Below are positions 18,466 to 29,917 of a DNA stretch of 64,000 nt, in pieces. Source of the DNA: Candidatus Thalassarchaeum betae (GTDB lineage Archaea > Thermoplasmatota > Poseidoniia > Poseidoniales > Thalassarchaeaceae); the NCBI GenBank assembly GCA_003193925.1, contig PSPG01000008.1, positions 32,001 to 96,000 on the forward strand. The letters run 5' to 3'. Below the pieces are notes generated by a model that saw only the letters and a list, made by a program, of their open reading frames with translations, had not been told where the DNA came from and did no database searches. Position 1 is the stretch's first letter; every line of letters begins with the position of its first letter. The translations under genes were made by a program, and so were the position numbers.

Positions 18466-20736
18466 ATGCTCCGAAAGGACGCATTGGACTACCACTCGTC
18501 GAAACCCGCCGGAAAAATCACCGTAGTGCCGAGCAAGCCACATGGAACCCAGCGCGAGCTCTCACTGGCGTACTCTCCGGGAGTCGCCTATCCCTGCAAG
18601 GAGATCGAGAAGAACCCCGACGATGCCTACCGCTACACCTCGAAGGGCAATCTGGTGGCTGTCGTCAGTAACGGGACCGCCGTCCTCGGACTCGGTGACA
18701 TCGGCGCGCTCGCCGGCAAGCCGGTGATGGAGGGCAAAGGGCTCCTGTTCAAGGCGTTCGCGGACATCGACGTCTTCGACATCGAAGTCGACAGGACGGA
18801 TGTCGACGAGTTCGTCGAGGCCGTCAAGGCGATAGCCCCGACCTTCGGTGGCATCAACCTCGAGGACATCAAGGCCCCCGAGTGCTTCGAAATCGAGCGC
18901 AGGCTGGTCGAGGAGCTCGACATCCCGGTCATGCACGACGATCAGCACGGCACCGCGATCATCTCCGGGGCGGCGCTGCTGAACGGCCTCGAGGTTGTCG
19001 AGAAGGACATCTCTGAGATCAAGGTCGTAGTCTCGGGCGCAGGCGCCTCGGCGATCTCCTCCGCTCACCACTACATCAGACTCGGAGTCAAGCCGGAGAA
19101 CATGATTCTGGTCGACTCGAAGGGGATCCTGACGAACTCGCGCCTAGAAGCCGGTGAGCTGAACGAGTACAAGGCAGAGTTCGCCCGCGACTTGGCTGAC
19201 GGTGACCTCGCATCAGTGATGGATGGCGCCGATCTGTTCCTCGGGCTGTCGCGCGGCGGCCTAGTGAGCGGTGAGATGGTGGCGAAGATGGCGAAGCGCC
19301 CGCTAATCTTCGCCCTCGCCAACCCGGATCCAGAGATCACCCCCGAGGAGGTGTACGCGGTCCGCGAGGACGCGATTGTCGCGACCGGACGCTCCGACCA
19401 CCCGAACCAGATCAACAACGTCCTCGGGTTCCCCTACATCTTCCGTGGGGCGCTCGATGTCAGGGCGAAGGAAATCACTGAGGGCATGAAAATGGCAGCG
19501 ACCCACGCCATCGCCGAGCTCGCCAAGCAGCCTGTGCCGGATGATGTCGCAGCGGCTTACGGCGGCGAGCAGCTGCAATTCGGTCCCGAGTACCTCATCC
19601 CAAAGCCGTTCGACGCGCGCATGCTCATCTGGGAGGCCAGCGCGGTGGCCGAGGCTGCGGTCAGCGAGGGCGTCGCGCGAGTGTCCGCAGAGGAGTTTGA
19701 TGTCGTGGGCTACCGCGAGGAGCTCGAGGCCCGCCTCGGTTTGACTCGGTCCATCATGCGCAGGGTGATTAACATCGCCAAGAAGGAGTCGAAGAGGATC
19801 GTCTTCTCGGAGGGCGAGGACCCCACCATCATCAAGGCGGCCTCGCAGTGCATCGCAGAGGGAATCTGCGAGCCGGTCCTGCTCGGACAGCTCGAGCGGA
19901 TAGACGCCGTCAAGGAGGAGCTGGGGCTCGACTTCGAATGCGAGACCATCGATGTCAGGTACGACCCGCGCAGGCGAACGACCTACGCGGATGAGTTGCA
20001 CAGGCTGCGGGGTCGGAAGGGAGTGGCCATGGAGGACGCTGTGCGCCTGCTGAAGTCGACGACCTACTTCGCGCCGATGATGGTCCGCATGGGAGACGCT
20101 GATGGCTATCTCGGAGGTGTCTCGCACCACTACCCGGACATAGTCAGGCCGTGCCTGCATACTATCGGGCCGGACCCAGACTCACACAGAATCGTCGGGA
20201 TGTACATGATGACCGTCAACGGCCAACTCATGTTCATCGGCGATGCGACCATCAACATCTACCCGGATGCCAGGACCCTGGCCGAGATAGCAGTGCAGAC
20301 AGCCAAAGTCGCACGCCGCTTCGGTGTTCAGCCCAAGGTGGCGATGTTGTCATTCTCCAACTTCGGGACCTCGGGAGAACTGCGCACCGACAGAATCGAG
20401 GAGGCGATAGCCATCGCGCGCGAGCTGGACCCGGACCTCGTCATCGACGGGCCCATGCAGGCTGACACCGCGCTGGTCCCCGAAATCCAGAAGGACTACC
20501 CGTTCATGGCCTTCGACGGCCCCGCCAACGTCCTGATCTGCCCTAACCTCTCCTCGGCTAACATCGCCTACAAGCTCCTACAGAGGATTGCGGGAGCAGA
20601 GATGACGGGGCCGATTCTAGAGGGTCTCTCCAAGCCCGCGCACGTGCTGCAGCGCGGTGACAGCGTGCGCGATGTGGTCCACATGGCCGCAATCTGCGCT
20701 GTCGATGCCCAGAGGCAAACGAGACAGCGTCTCTGA
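18466..20736 (+). CDS. maeB: NADP-dependent malic enzyme with C-terminal PTA domain
   Basis: '[10 protein letters not shown]', 'KPVMEGK', '[11 protein letters not shown]', 'HDDQHGTA', 'ALANPDPEI', PTA-like 'MLSFSNFG'. Confidence 0.96.
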   Translation: MLRKDALDYHSSKPAGKITVVPSKPHGTQRELSLAYSPGVAYPCKEIEKNPDDAYRYTSKGNLVAVVSNGTAVLGLGDIGALAGKPVMEGKGLLFKAFADIDVFDIEVDRTDVDEFVEAVKAIAPTFGGINLEDIKAPECFEIERRLVEELDIPVMHDDQHGTAIISGAALLNGLEVVEKDISEIKVVVSGAGASAISSAHHYIRLGVKPENMILVDSKGILTNSRLEAGELNEYKAEFARDLADGDLASVMDGADLFLGLSRGGLVSGEMVAKMAKRPLIFALANPDPEITPEEVYAVREDAIVATGRSDHPNQINNVLGFPYIFRGALDVRAKEITEGMKMAATHAIAELAKQPVPDDVAAAYGGEQLQFGPEYLIPKPFDARMLIWEASAVAEAAVSEGVARVSAEEFDVVGYREELEARLGLTRSIMRRVINIAKKESKRIVFSEGEDPTIIKAASQCIAEGICEPVLLGQLERIDAVKEELGLDFECETIDVRYDPRRRTTYADELHRLRGRKGVAMEDAVRLLKSTTYFAPMMVRMGDADGYLGGVSHHYPDIVRPCLHTIGPDPDSHRIVGMYMMTVNGQLMFIGDATINIYPDARTLAEIAVQTAKVARRFGVQPKVAMLSFSNFGTSGELRTDRIEEAIAIARELDPDLVIDGPMQADTALVPEIQKDYPFMAFDGPANVLICPNLSSANIAYKLLQRIAGAEMTGPILEGLSKPAHVLQRGDSVRDVVHMAAICAVDAQRQTRQRL

Positions 20737-20782
20737 GTGAATCAGTCCCTACCCTATGTTCGGGGTTTCAGTGGGTTCGACT

Positions 20783-22732
20783 TCAGGACCAAGTGAGTGC
20801 GGATGCATCCATTGTAGCCAACCTGCAGGTCATGCCCTCACACAACCAACCCCCCCATTCCGCTTCCCCGCGGTCCTTGCCACTCATGGGCTCACAGCTG
20901 GAGGCGACCAACTGATTCCAAGCAGCGGTGCGCCTTAGATTCTCGACCTCGGCAGGTTCACTCCCCGAGTGATGGATGAACCAGACTTGGCCTGGTTCTG
21001 CAAATCCTTGGGCAGCGCAGATTAGAGCCCAGTGGCCACCAGCTCTGGCGACTAGGTCGTCCCCTGCACTGATTATCGCCTTCTCGGCCGATCCCCTCCA
21101 CTCATCGGCTTGGGAGTGGTCAGGCCATAGCAGCAACAGGGTTCGCAGCAGTTCAACCACCACCGCCGTAGCACCCGGTACCGCAGAATCGGAGACGGAC
21201 CTCTGTCTGACGGGAAGTTCAGTGTGGTCGGCGCTGGTCATCCAGAAGCCACCATCAGGGTCGGCGAATATTTTGAGCAGCTGGCTGGTAATCTCGAGGC
21301 TCCGGTGTAAGCATTCCTTGTCATCCCAGCGTATTCCCCAGCGTAGTAGACCGAGTGCAGCCCATGCATAATCATCTAGGAAACCCGGCCCCCCCAGAGT
21401 GTCGCCCCTTCTTGTACGAAGGACGTCCTTACGAGACAGGAACTCCTTGCAGATATGCTGGCCAATGCTCTTCGCATCATCTTCGGGTAAATCTGCACAG
21501 GCGACCAACAGCATGCCGTTCCACGCGGTAAGCACCTTGTCATCTGTACCGGGCCGAGCCCGCTCGGACCGCTTCTTGAGAAGGTGAATGCGTAAGTCTT
21601 CATCATCATCGAGCCCGTTGACCTCATGTAGTGATAGTACGCTTCGACCACTGTTCTCGAAGTTACCCTGCTCGGTGATTCCGAAGCGTTCGCAGGCCAC
21701 TGTATCCTCAGCCTGTTCGGGAGTCCACAAGTAGAATTCTCCTTCCTCAGATTTCCCATCTTCTCCGACCGAGTCAGCGTCGAGAGTCGACCACACACCT
21801 CCGGAGGGGTCTAGCATCTCATTGCGAATCCATTCTAATGTCAGTCCGATCACCCTGTCATTCTGGCTCCCTATTCCGAGGCGACGCGCCTTCTCGTGAA
21901 CCGCTAGCATCAGGGCGTTGTCGTAGAGCATCTTCTCGAAGTGAGGAACTTCCCATCCAGCATCCACGCAATACCTATGCCAGCCACCTGCGAGATGGTC
22001 GAATAGACCACGGGTTGCCATAACGTCCAACGAATGAGAAACGGTGTCTCTCTCTCCTGCACGTAGCAAGCCTTCCATATCCATAGGGTGCGGAAACTTC
22101 GGAGCACCCACTATTCCTCCATTGACGGGGTCGTAGACCCTCTTGGAGTGGCTCAGCGCAGCCAATATGGATTCCTTGATCAGAGATTCAACATCTTGTG
22201 ATGATCCCCCTCCTATCGATGATTTCTGGATTTGCTCCGTAATCAGTTCCGAGGAGTTGATGACCTGCTCGCGTTGCTCATGCCATGCCTGCACGACGCT
22301 CTCGATCAGTCGTCCCCATGATGGTTTGTTGTAGCGTTGTACGGGAGGGAAGTAGGTGCCTGCGAAGAACGGTTTGAGCGTGTCCGGGTCGACAAACACA
22401 TTCAGCGGCCAGCCTCCACCGCCCGTGTAAATCTGGCACGCCGCCATATACAGCGCATCGACATCCGGACTCTCCTCACGGTCGACCTTAATGCAGACAA
22501 GTGATTCATTCATCTGTTTAGCCGTCAGCTCATCATTGAATGATTCGTGCTCCATCACGTGACACCAATGACAGGCGGCGTACCCGATGGATACGAGCAG
22601 GGGTCGGTCTAGTTTCTTGGCCAGTTCGATGGCTTCCTCATCCCATGGTTGCCAAGAGACTGGATTAGAGGCGTGCTGGAGCAGATATGGCGAGGTACAT
22701 CCGCCGAGTCGGTTGGTGACCTCATCTGCCAT
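20783..22732 (-). CDS. YyaL/SSP411 (DUF255) thioredoxin-like + alpha/alpha barrel protein
   Basis: 'NRL...[12 protein letters not shown]', '[13 protein letters not shown]', '[11 protein letters not shown]', '[10 protein letters not shown]'. Confidence 0.93.
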   Translation of the reverse strand: MADEVTNRLGGCTSPYLLQHASNPVSWQPWDEEAIELAKKLDRPLLVSIGYAACHWCHVMEHESFNDELTAKQMNESLVCIKVDREESPDVDALYMAACQIYTGGGGWPLNVFVDPDTLKPFFAGTYFPPVQRYNKPSWGRLIESVVQAWHEQREQVINSSELITEQIQKSSIGGGSSQDVESLIKESILAALSHSKRVYDPVNGGIVGAPKFPHPMDMEGLLRAGERDTVSHSLDVMATRGLFDHLAGGWHRYCVDAGWEVPHFEKMLYDNALMLAVHEKARRLGIGSQNDRVIGLTLEWIRNEMLDPSGGVWSTLDADSVGEDGKSEEGEFYLWTPEQAEDTVACERFGITEQGNFENSGRSVLSLHEVNGLDDDEDLRIHLLKKRSERARPGTDDKVLTAWNGMLLVACADLPEDDAKSIGQHICKEFLSRKDVLRTRRGDTLGGPGFLDDYAWAALGLLRWGIRWDDKECLHRSLEITSQLLKIFADPDGGFWMTSADHTELPVRQRSVSDSAVPGATAVVVELLRTLLLLWPDHSQADEWRGSAEKAIISAGDDLVARAGGHWALICAAQGFAEPGQVWFIHHSGSEPAEVENLRRTAAWNQLVASSCEPMSGKDRGEAEWGGWLCEGMTCRLATMDASALTWS

Positions 22733-22871
22733 GGTGCGCCATCGAGTTCAGGCACATGAACCCGAGTATCATTGAGACCGTGCATCACCCCTTGGCCTCT
22801 ACAGTACGAAGCGGGGGGTGAAACACAGGCGAAACAGAGAGTTCGCCTCGGGCCTGGTCCCGCCCGGGGGC

Positions 22872-23267
22872 CTAGCCGAGTTCGTGGCCGGTGGTACTGT
22901 CGACATGTTCGGGAAGGTCTCCCTCGTGGTGGTCCCCGGTCGACGAGGTCCCGGACAGCTCAAACATCAGGATCGACGCGCCCGGTGACGTGGGCCTGTG
23001 GAAAACGCCCCTAGGAACGACGTAGGTATCCCCTTTGAGGAGTGTCACCGTGTGCTCTGTGCCGTCGTCGCTGCGCATGGCGATATCAAACCGCCCGTCG
23101 AGCACGAGGAAGAACTCGTCGGTGTACTCGTGGACGTGCCACACGTGCTCACCCTCGACATGCGCGATGCGGACGTCGTAGTCGTTCATCCTAGCGACGA
23201 TGCGCGGACTCCAGATAGCGTCGAACGAGGCGAGGGCTTCCGACAGGTTCACTGGTCCTTGCCCCAT
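22872..23267 (-). CDS. Cupin domain protein
   Basis: 'WSPRIV', 'WHVHEYTDEFFLVLDG', 'VPRGVFHRP'. Confidence 0.9.
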   Translation of the reverse strand: MGQGPVNLSEALASFDAIWSPRIVARMNDYDVRIAHVEGEHVWHVHEYTDEFFLVLDGRFDIAMRSDDGTEHTVTLLKGDTYVVPRGVFHRPTSPGASILMFELSGTSSTGDHHEGDLPEHVDSTTGHELG

Positions 23268-23365
23268 GCATATCCGATTGCTCCCACTTGCATAACTGTT
23301 GTTGATTGCTTACACTCGACTTCGTTCAGGTGCATAATTCAAAGTCGCAGTGGGTACCCACTGAG

Positions 23366-24970
23366 TCAGCCTATAACTCGAGGCGCGGATGAGAGGACTT
23401 CCTCGCTGCAATCCTCGGCGTATTGCTCGAAATTGTCGATGAGTAAGTCCGCCACATTGTCGTACTTCCTCTTGTCATGCCATGTTTCGCGAGGCTGGAG
23501 GATTTTGTCAGGGACCCCCTGGCAAGTGGTCGGGACTTGAAATCCGAAGCGCTCGTCCTCCACGAACAGGACATCGTCCAAGTCTCCGTCTAGAGCCGCG
23601 TTCAGAAGTGCTCGGGTCCACTTGATCTTGATTCGGCTGCTCTCTAGATGACCGCCTGCGACCCAGCCGGTGTTGATCAGCCAGCACTTGGCATCGTTCT
23701 CGCGGATCTTCTTCGACAGCAGGTCGGCGTAGACGCGTGGGTGACGAGGCATGAAGGGTGCACCGAAGCAGGTCGAGAAGGTGGCTTGGGGCTCGGTGAT
23801 TCCGACTTCGGTCCCAGCGACCTTCGCAGTGTATCCCGACATGAAGTGGTAAGCGGCCTGTTCGGGGCTCAGCTTGGACAGAGGGGGTAGCACGCCGAAG
23901 GCGTCGCATGTCAGGAAGACCACGTTCTTCGGATTTCCCGCCATGGAATCCGGAGTGCGGTTCTCTATGGCCTCGATCGGGTAGGAGCAACGGGTGTTCT
24001 GGGTCAGGGAGTCGTTGTCGAAGTCGGGCGTCCCATCAGCGTTCAGCACGACGTTCTCCAGGATCGAGCCGGGTCTGTGGGTTGTTGCGTAGATCGCCGG
24101 CTCGTCCTCCTCGGACAATCTGATCAGCTTGGCGTAGCAACCACCCTCGAAGTTGAACACGCCGTTGTCGGACCAGCCGTGCTCATCATCGCCGACCAAG
24201 GCTCTTCCCGGATCAGCGGAGAGGGTGGTCTTGCCGGTCCCGGAGAGCCCGAAGAAGAGGGCTGAGTTCTCGCCGTCGGTGTTGGCCGAGCAGTGCATAG
24301 GCAGGAGGCCTTCAGTAGGCAGAATGTGATTCATGATGGTGAAGATGGCCTTCTTGATCTCGCCCGCGTAGTGGGTGCCGCCGATTATCGCCAGCCCACG
24401 GTCGAGGGCGAGGATGATGAAGACGTCTGAATTGACGCCATCGGTCTTTGGTTCTGATCTCAGGTCGGGGGCGTGGAGAATGGTGTACTGCGGGACGTGT
24501 GAGACCAGATCTTTCTTTGAGGCGCGCAGGAACATGTTGTGCATGAAAGCGGCGTGCCACGCCTTCTCAGTGACCAGCCTGACTGGCATTCGGTACTCCG
24601 GGTCCGCCCCGCAGAAGGCGTCCTTGACGAACAGAAAATCAGAGTTGTCCAAGTGCTGTCTGGTCTTCTCCAGAAGGCCCTCGAACACCTCCGGGTCGAT
24701 CGGCATGTTCACCTCGCCCCACCGGACGTGCTCAGCGAGTCCGGGCTCGTTGACGATGAAGCGGTCGTTCGGCGAGCGGCCTGTGCGCTCGCCGGTGGTG
24801 GCTAGCAGAACCCCGTGGGCTGTGAGTTTGCCCTCACCCCGCTCAATGGAGATCCTGTGTAGCTCCTCCCAGCCCAAGTTCCAGTGCACTGCGCCTTGGG
24901 GGTCGAGCCCGTGGGAGGCAAGAGGGGTTGCGAAGTTGCGGGAGTCACCTGGCATTGAGGATGGCTCCAT
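23366..24970 (-). CDS. pckA: Phosphoenolpyruvate carboxykinase (ATP)
   Basis: 'TGRSPNDRF', 'YAGEIKK', 'GLSGTGKTTLS', 'GDDEHGW', 'NFEGGCYAK'; start uncertain (24970 or 24955). Confidence 0.96.
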   Translation of the reverse strand: MEPSSMPGDSRNFATPLASHGLDPQGAVHWNLGWEELHRISIERGEGKLTAHGVLLATTGERTGRSPNDRFIVNEPGLAEHVRWGEVNMPIDPEVFEGLLEKTRQHLDNSDFLFVKDAFCGADPEYRMPVRLVTEKAWHAAFMHNMFLRASKKDLVSHVPQYTILHAPDLRSEPKTDGVNSDVFIILALDRGLAIIGGTHYAGEIKKAIFTIMNHILPTEGLLPMHCSANTDGENSALFFGLSGTGKTTLSADPGRALVGDDEHGWSDNGVFNFEGGCYAKLIRLSEEDEPAIYATTHRPGSILENVVLNADGTPDFDNDSLTQNTRCSYPIEAIENRTPDSMAGNPKNVVFLTCDAFGVLPPLSKLSPEQAAYHFMSGYTAKVAGTEVGITEPQATFSTCFGAPFMPRHPRVYADLLSKKIRENDAKCWLINTGWVAGGHLESSRIKIKWTRALLNAALDGDLDDVLFVEDERFGFQVPTTCQGVPDKILQPRETWHDKRKYDNVADLLIDNFEQYAEDCSEEVLSSAPRVIG

Positions 24971-25101
24971 GACGGCCGACGCCGAGATTCCCCCTTCAAG
25001 CGTTGCGGCTAGGCTACCGACCTCGTGAATGGCGAAAGCCACTGTTCCGAGTGCTCTGGCTGGGGATGCGATTATGCGGGAGTGGCTTCGGTCGGGATTT
25101 G

Positions 25102-28100
25102 ATGAGTGACGAAGCCCCGGATGACAGAATCATCCGAGAGCGGGAGTTTCGCAGGAAGGTGAACATCGATTTGAGCGATGTAGTCGTTCCTGAGAGAAGC
25201 GGGGACGAGGAGGAGCGACGAGAGCAGCTCGCCTCCGCGGTCGACGAGGCTCTGGGCAGCGTGTTCGACCCGTTCGAGCAGCCGAGTGGCGACGAGGCGG
25301 GCGCGGTACAGGAGGACGGGAGTGTTCCTCTCGCGCCCGAGCGAGACATAGTGACCGAGGTCGCCGTCGAGGGCGAGCGTCGCGTCAACTGGATGCTCAT
25401 GGTGTCGATGATAATCGTCTACAGCGCAATTGGGATTCAGGCCGGCCTCGCGCTGTCACCCCTCCTAGCGACGGCCGTGCTGCTCATCCTCGCTGGAATC
25501 GGTTTCGCTCTCGGCGAGCGCTGGGTTCCCGAGCCGAATATGACCCTGCTGGGCGTCACCTGGGTCATCATCTCGATGAAGGTCCTGTATGGGCTCGCAA
25601 TCGAACTCAATCGATGGGGCTTCATCGAAATCGAGGCTCTGGGGGCATTGCTGCTATTCTTGGTGGCGATGAATGTCGTCGTCGCTTACAGGCATGACCA
25701 CGATGCCATCGCCGCACAGTCCACGCTGGTCCTGCTCGCCATCGGCTCGACTGCCGGCTCGGTCCTAGGCGAGATTGGCGTCGCGGCGATGATCCTCATT
25801 GCCACCCTGCTAGTGCACGGTCTGGCTCTCCACCGCCAGTCCGGAAACTTGGCTGCTCTCGGTGTCGCCGCGTCCAACCTCTGGATAGGCATGCACGCCA
25901 TCACCGGCGGCTTTGAGATAGGTACCCTGAGGATTCTGCCTCTGGACAGTCCGCTGCTGCTCTTCCTCCTGCTGATGACGATCACCGCAATCAACGCCAC
26001 TATGGCCGCGCGCTTTGCGCGCGAGGACAACTGGTTCTCCAAGGGCTGCAAAGCACTGGGACTGGGCGAGCCGGGGCTCTGGGGTGTCTCAATCGCCCTC
26101 GGCATGGTGGGCGCCCTGCTGGCCGTTGCCGCCAGTCGCGAGGAGGTGGGTTACGCGCTTGGGATGGTGACCTTCCTCGGAGCGGCCTTCGGTGGCTCGT
26201 ATCTCTCTGTCAGGGGAGTCGCGTCGAAGCGCGTCGCTACCCCTCTGCTCGGCGTGACGCCGATTCTGGTCCTCATCCTGATTGCCGGGAGCAGGGTGGA
26301 TGCCGCTCTGCCTCTGGACTCGTACGAGCTGTTCACGGTACTGGGGTTCATAGTCACAGGCTTCGTGATGCTGAGGGACCAGGAGAGGGTCACAGACAGG
26401 GCGCTGTGGCTTGGCTCGATGGTCATCCTGATGCTGCTGGTACTGCTGGTGCCCACTGAGGCATCGGACTCCGGAGGCGACGGGGGGGTCGTGCTGCTGG
26501 TCCTGCTCGGCGCCCTCCACATCGGCACCGCCGTGCTCGCGATCAAGAGAGGGTCTCCCTCGCTCGCTGGCGTCACCGTGTTACTGCCTTGGAGCTGGGT
26601 GCTCATCGAGGAGATCGTTCAGGAGACGGTCAGGACGCTCCTCGTCGCCAACGACGTCACCGACCCGGGTAGCCTCATCGACCTCGATCCCGAGCCTCTG
26701 GGGGTCTATCTGGCGCTGAGTTCGATACTCCTAGTGGTAGTGAACGTCAGGCTAGGCGGGACCGGAGTCAACCTCGCTGCGCGCTTTCTAGGGGTCACGG
26801 AAATCTCAGCATCCATCCGTGACTCTGGGGCCCTGCAGCTCTGGTCGATGGGATGGTGGCTGCCTCTGTTCACGATGATATTCATGGCTCATTTCGGCGG
26901 TTTCACCGTCGCCACGCTGCTCTTGGTACTCGTCTTGCTCACGGCTCTGCACTTCGGAGCCGAAATCGCCGACAAGAGAATTGGCGGCGCTGGCAACATG
27001 GTCACGATACTTGCTGTGGCAGTAGTGGTCATGCAGTGGCGTCACGGGCTCTTCGTGCCGCTGTCCGCCCTGCTCTGCGTCTCGATTGTCGCCCTATTGC
27101 TCACTCGCGCGCCCAGCAATGAGAAACTGTACACCAGCGGGATGTCGATGATGAGCCTGCCACTATTGCTGGCGCTTTCCGGCAGAGAGGCTTCGATGCT
27201 GCTGGAGTCAACCGTCTCACTGCCGGATATCGATACGAGTCTGGTAGCCGTGCTATGCACCGCGGCTGTGCTGGGTGTTTACCTGCCTCGCGCGGGTAGC
27301 ATAGAGAAACTGCTCAATCCCGCCCTCGCAGCGCTGTGGCTTCTGGTGATCACCATCGCGCTGTCATTCGACCAGGGGGATCAAACCACCAAGGTCGCCT
27401 CCATAGCGATGTTTGTGGTCAGCTCGCTGTGGCTCGTTGCACGCGGCGAGCTGAGGGCCGAACTCAGGTCGGTGGCCATGCGGGACTCCAGAATCGAGAT
27501 GGCCGCTAAGGCCGCTGGTGAGGAGGCGATGCTCGAGGGAAGTGGGGCAGTCTCGATGTACGACGCCCGGAGGGCCGCTCTGGAAGCCGAGCGTCGCAAG
27601 AGGCGGGACAAGTCGGACACCGACGACCTCGAGGAGCTCTACACCACCGATGTCAGCCACAAGCCCGTCGTCGTGACGGCGGTGCTCTCGCTGATACTTG
27701 GTGCAGGAATCATACTGGGTTTGCTCAACGGGTCGAACCCGCTGATGCTGGTCGCAATCGGCGTCTTCGCCACCGCTCTCATCGCATTGGCCCGACACCG
27801 CTCGAAGAGCCTGGATCTTGAACTGCCTCACATCATGGGCATGGAGATGCCCATAGCCATGGCAATCAGTGGGCTGGTGGCCGCCCATGTGGCATCACAC
27901 CTCGGTCCGGGAAGCAGCAACCAGCAGCTTCTGGACATGGCTGTGGTCACGATGCTGCTGCTCGAGTTGGTGGCGATATCCCTGATGGGGCAGGACAAAC
28001 TGCTGGACAGGATACCCATAGCGCTCGACTGGATTGTGCTCCCTCTGCTCGCCGGCAGGATGCTGGGTGCGATTGCAGTCGAGGCTCTGCCCTACCCACT

Positions 28101-28833
28101 CACGATCGATCCGTTCGAGGGCGAGATGCTCGAATGGAAGATGCCGTGGATCCTGCTTGAGTCGGTCCTGGTCCTGTGCGTGCTCACCGACGCATGGATA
28201 GACCGCAAGAGACGGGCTGCCGGGCGAGGGGACTGGAAGAACTCCTCCGGCCGGGGTGCTCGCAGCTTGGTCATCGTGTTGCTCTCGTTCGGTCCCGCAG
28301 GCATCCTAGCGGTAGCCAGCGTCATCGAGCAGGGCTGGAGGTACAGGCAGCCGAGCGCGGTCGGTATCGCCATCCCCGCTGGCCTGATGGCGCTATTCGC
28401 CGTCGGTAACTGGTGCGAACCGGTCATGGACGTGGTCCCGGAGATCACCATGGCCACGGGTCTGCTGCTTCTGGTGCTGTGTGCCTTGACCGTCCCTCTC
28501 AAGGGCGGCGATTGGACGATGATGCTGGCGTTCAACTCGCATCTGCTCATCATAGTCATCGCCGTCGCGCATCACGCCACCTCGGTTCTGCTTCCGGTGC
28601 TGCTCGTCGCACTCTCCTCGACGGTCTGGATAGTGGGCATACTGCAGTTGCGACGTACCCTGCGGATCTGGGGCTTGGCCGACCTGCTGGTCGCCATCAT
28701 AGGTGCGCTGATATTCGTCGATGGCATATTCGAGCCGACCACGATGCTGATTGCCCTGATGGTGGTCGCTGCGGAGCTCGGCGTTGTCTCCTGGCTCGGT
28801 CTGCGCAACGAAGAGCAGTTGGTTAAGGACTGA
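25102..28833 (+). CDS. Very large polytopic membrane protein (DUF2339-like), function unknown
   Basis: ~1240 aa, acidic N-terminus, then dozens of hydrophobic helices with one central soluble segment. Confidence 0.8.
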   Translation: MSDEAPDDRIIREREFRRKVNIDLSDVVVPERSGDEEERREQLASAVDEALGSVFDPFEQPSGDEAGAVQEDGSVPLAPERDIVTEVAVEGERRVNWMLMVSMIIVYSAIGIQAGLALSPLLATAVLLILAGIGFALGERWVPEPNMTLLGVTWVIISMKVLYGLAIELNRWGFIEIEALGALLLFLVAMNVVVAYRHDHDAIAAQSTLVLLAIGSTAGSVLGEIGVAAMILIATLLVHGLALHRQSGNLAALGVAASNLWIGMHAITGGFEIGTLRILPLDSPLLLFLLLMTITAINATMAARFAREDNWFSKGCKALGLGEPGLWGVSIALGMVGALLAVAASREEVGYALGMVTFLGAAFGGSYLSVRGVASKRVATPLLGVTPILVLILIAGSRVDAALPLDSYELFTVLGFIVTGFVMLRDQERVTDRALWLGSMVILMLLVLLVPTEASDSGGDGGVVLLVLLGALHIGTAVLAIKRGSPSLAGVTVLLPWSWVLIEEIVQETVRTLLVANDVTDPGSLIDLDPEPLGVYLALSSILLVVVNVRLGGTGVNLAARFLGVTEISASIRDSGALQLWSMGWWLPLFTMIFMAHFGGFTVATLLLVLVLLTALHFGAEIADKRIGGAGNMVTILAVAVVVMQWRHGLFVPLSALLCVSIVALLLTRAPSNEKLYTSGMSMMSLPLLLALSGREASMLLESTVSLPDIDTSLVAVLCTAAVLGVYLPRAGSIEKLLNPALAALWLLVITIALSFDQGDQTTKVASIAMFVVSSLWLVARGELRAELRSVAMRDSRIEMAAKAAGEEAMLEGSGAVSMYDARRAALEAERRKRRDKSDTDDLEELYTTDVSHKPVVVTAVLSLILGAGIILGLLNGSNPLMLVAIGVFATALIALARHRSKSLDLELPHIMGMEMPIAMAISGLVAAHVASHLGPGSSNQQLLDMAVVTMLLLELVAISLMGQDKLLDRIPIALDWIVLPLLAGRMLGAIAVEALPYPLTIDPFEGEMLEWKMPWILLESVLVLCVLTDAWIDRKRRAAGRGDWKNSSGRGARSLVIVLLSFGPAGILAVASVIEQGWRYRQPSAVGIAIPAGLMALFAVGNWCEPVMDVVPEITMATGLLLLVLCALTVPLKGGDWTMMLAFNSHLLIIVIAVAHHATSVLLPVLLVALSSTVWIVGILQLRRTLRIWGLADLLVAIIGALIFVDGIFEPTTMLIALMVVAAELGVVSWLGLRNEEQLVKD

Positions 28834-28940
28834 GTATTGTCATAGAAGGTCACTACGAGCCTGTCGCGGACCCGGATAATCGAGCGAGCACAATCCCCGA
28901 ACGGGCCAACGTTGATGACAGACGGTACCGACAAGCAATC

Positions 28941-29891
28941 GTGACAAGGTCGTGGATATCGGACACGCCCGACGAGGTCGAGCACCCGCCCGTGCCGCTG
29001 GGGCTCAACGAGATGACTGTGCCCCGGGCTGCCATACTGCTGTCGCTGGGCACCGCCCTAGTGCTGTTGCTCTCCACAATCTGGCTTGGCTGGGCCGCTT
29101 GGCACTTCAACGCCAATCTGGAGGCGTCCTTCGGCCCAGCCACTGAAGCCCCATCCATAGACGGCCGCTGGACTTGGGAGGTCGACCTGCTGTTCGACAC
29201 CTGCTCGCCCCGCGAGGACGACTGGACTTGGCCGGACAACCTCGCCGAGCAGGACGGTGTCTTCCTGTATCCGGGCGAGCTCCGCTGCGACTGGGAGCAC
29301 CAGGGTGACGGCGACCGTGCAAGCGTGGTGATCTACAATCGTGGCAACGAGTCGCTCAATCTGGTGCTGGAGATCCAAGGCGGGGATGTGATCTTCTCAG
29401 CGACCGACGAGACCGGTGACGTACTGAATCTGGAGGGCAGCGAGAGCAGGATCGTGGAGATCGAGCTTCTGGACGACGTGTCCGAGAGCGACATCACAAT
29501 CTCAGTCAGCCATCTCACGGTGGTGGACGCGGAGGTTCTCCTAGACGTGCAGATATTCAAGGGTACAGAGGAGCGAGATATCCACATCAATGACAACGAC
29601 AGGATCGAGGTCCATTACATCGTCTGGAACGCCGACACCGAAGAGAAGCTGGACGAGGGGGACTTACTCGTCACAGCAGGCGACGACCCTGCCTACATCT
29701 ACGGGTTCGGATGGTCGGCGATAGGCTTGGACATCAACAACGACAGGGGCCTCATTCCAGGCATTGACACCGGTACTGCCCATACCACCCTACTGCCTCC
29801 TCCCATCGCCTACGGTAACAGTGACGGCCACGAATTACAGGATGCTTGGCTGCGTTTCGAGCTGAAGGTCGTCAGGGCCCCGATTTCCTAG
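28941..29891 (+). CDS. Membrane-anchored protein with C-terminal FKBP-type PPIase-like domain
   Basis: N-terminal TM; 'DRIEVHY...IYGFGWSAIGL...LPPPIAYG...LRFELKVV' matches the FKBP pattern. Confidence 0.65.
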   Translation: MTRSWISDTPDEVEHPPVPLGLNEMTVPRAAILLSLGTALVLLLSTIWLGWAAWHFNANLEASFGPATEAPSIDGRWTWEVDLLFDTCSPREDDWTWPDNLAEQDGVFLYPGELRCDWEHQGDGDRASVVIYNRGNESLNLVLEIQGGDVIFSATDETGDVLNLEGSESRIVEIELLDDVSESDITISVSHLTVVDAEVLLDVQIFKGTEERDIHINDNDRIEVHYIVWNADTEEKLDEGDLLVTAGDDPAYIYGFGWSAIGLDINNDRGLIPGIDTGTAHTTLLPPPIAYGNSDGHELQDAWLRFELKVVRAPIS

Positions 29892-29917
29892 GGAACTCGC
29901 GAAAGTGACTTGACCAT

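Noticed and set aside
18275-18484. N-terminal 70 aa of the 2923-aa ORF
   Set aside because: Spans the AT-rich divergent promoter region and overlaps maeB; the signal-like segment begins after 18274
23425-23465. Possible short in-frame deletion near the PckA C-terminus (YDNVADLL-IDNF)
   Set aside because: Looks about 4 aa shorter than typical from recall, but the frame is intact and this cannot be judged without an alignment
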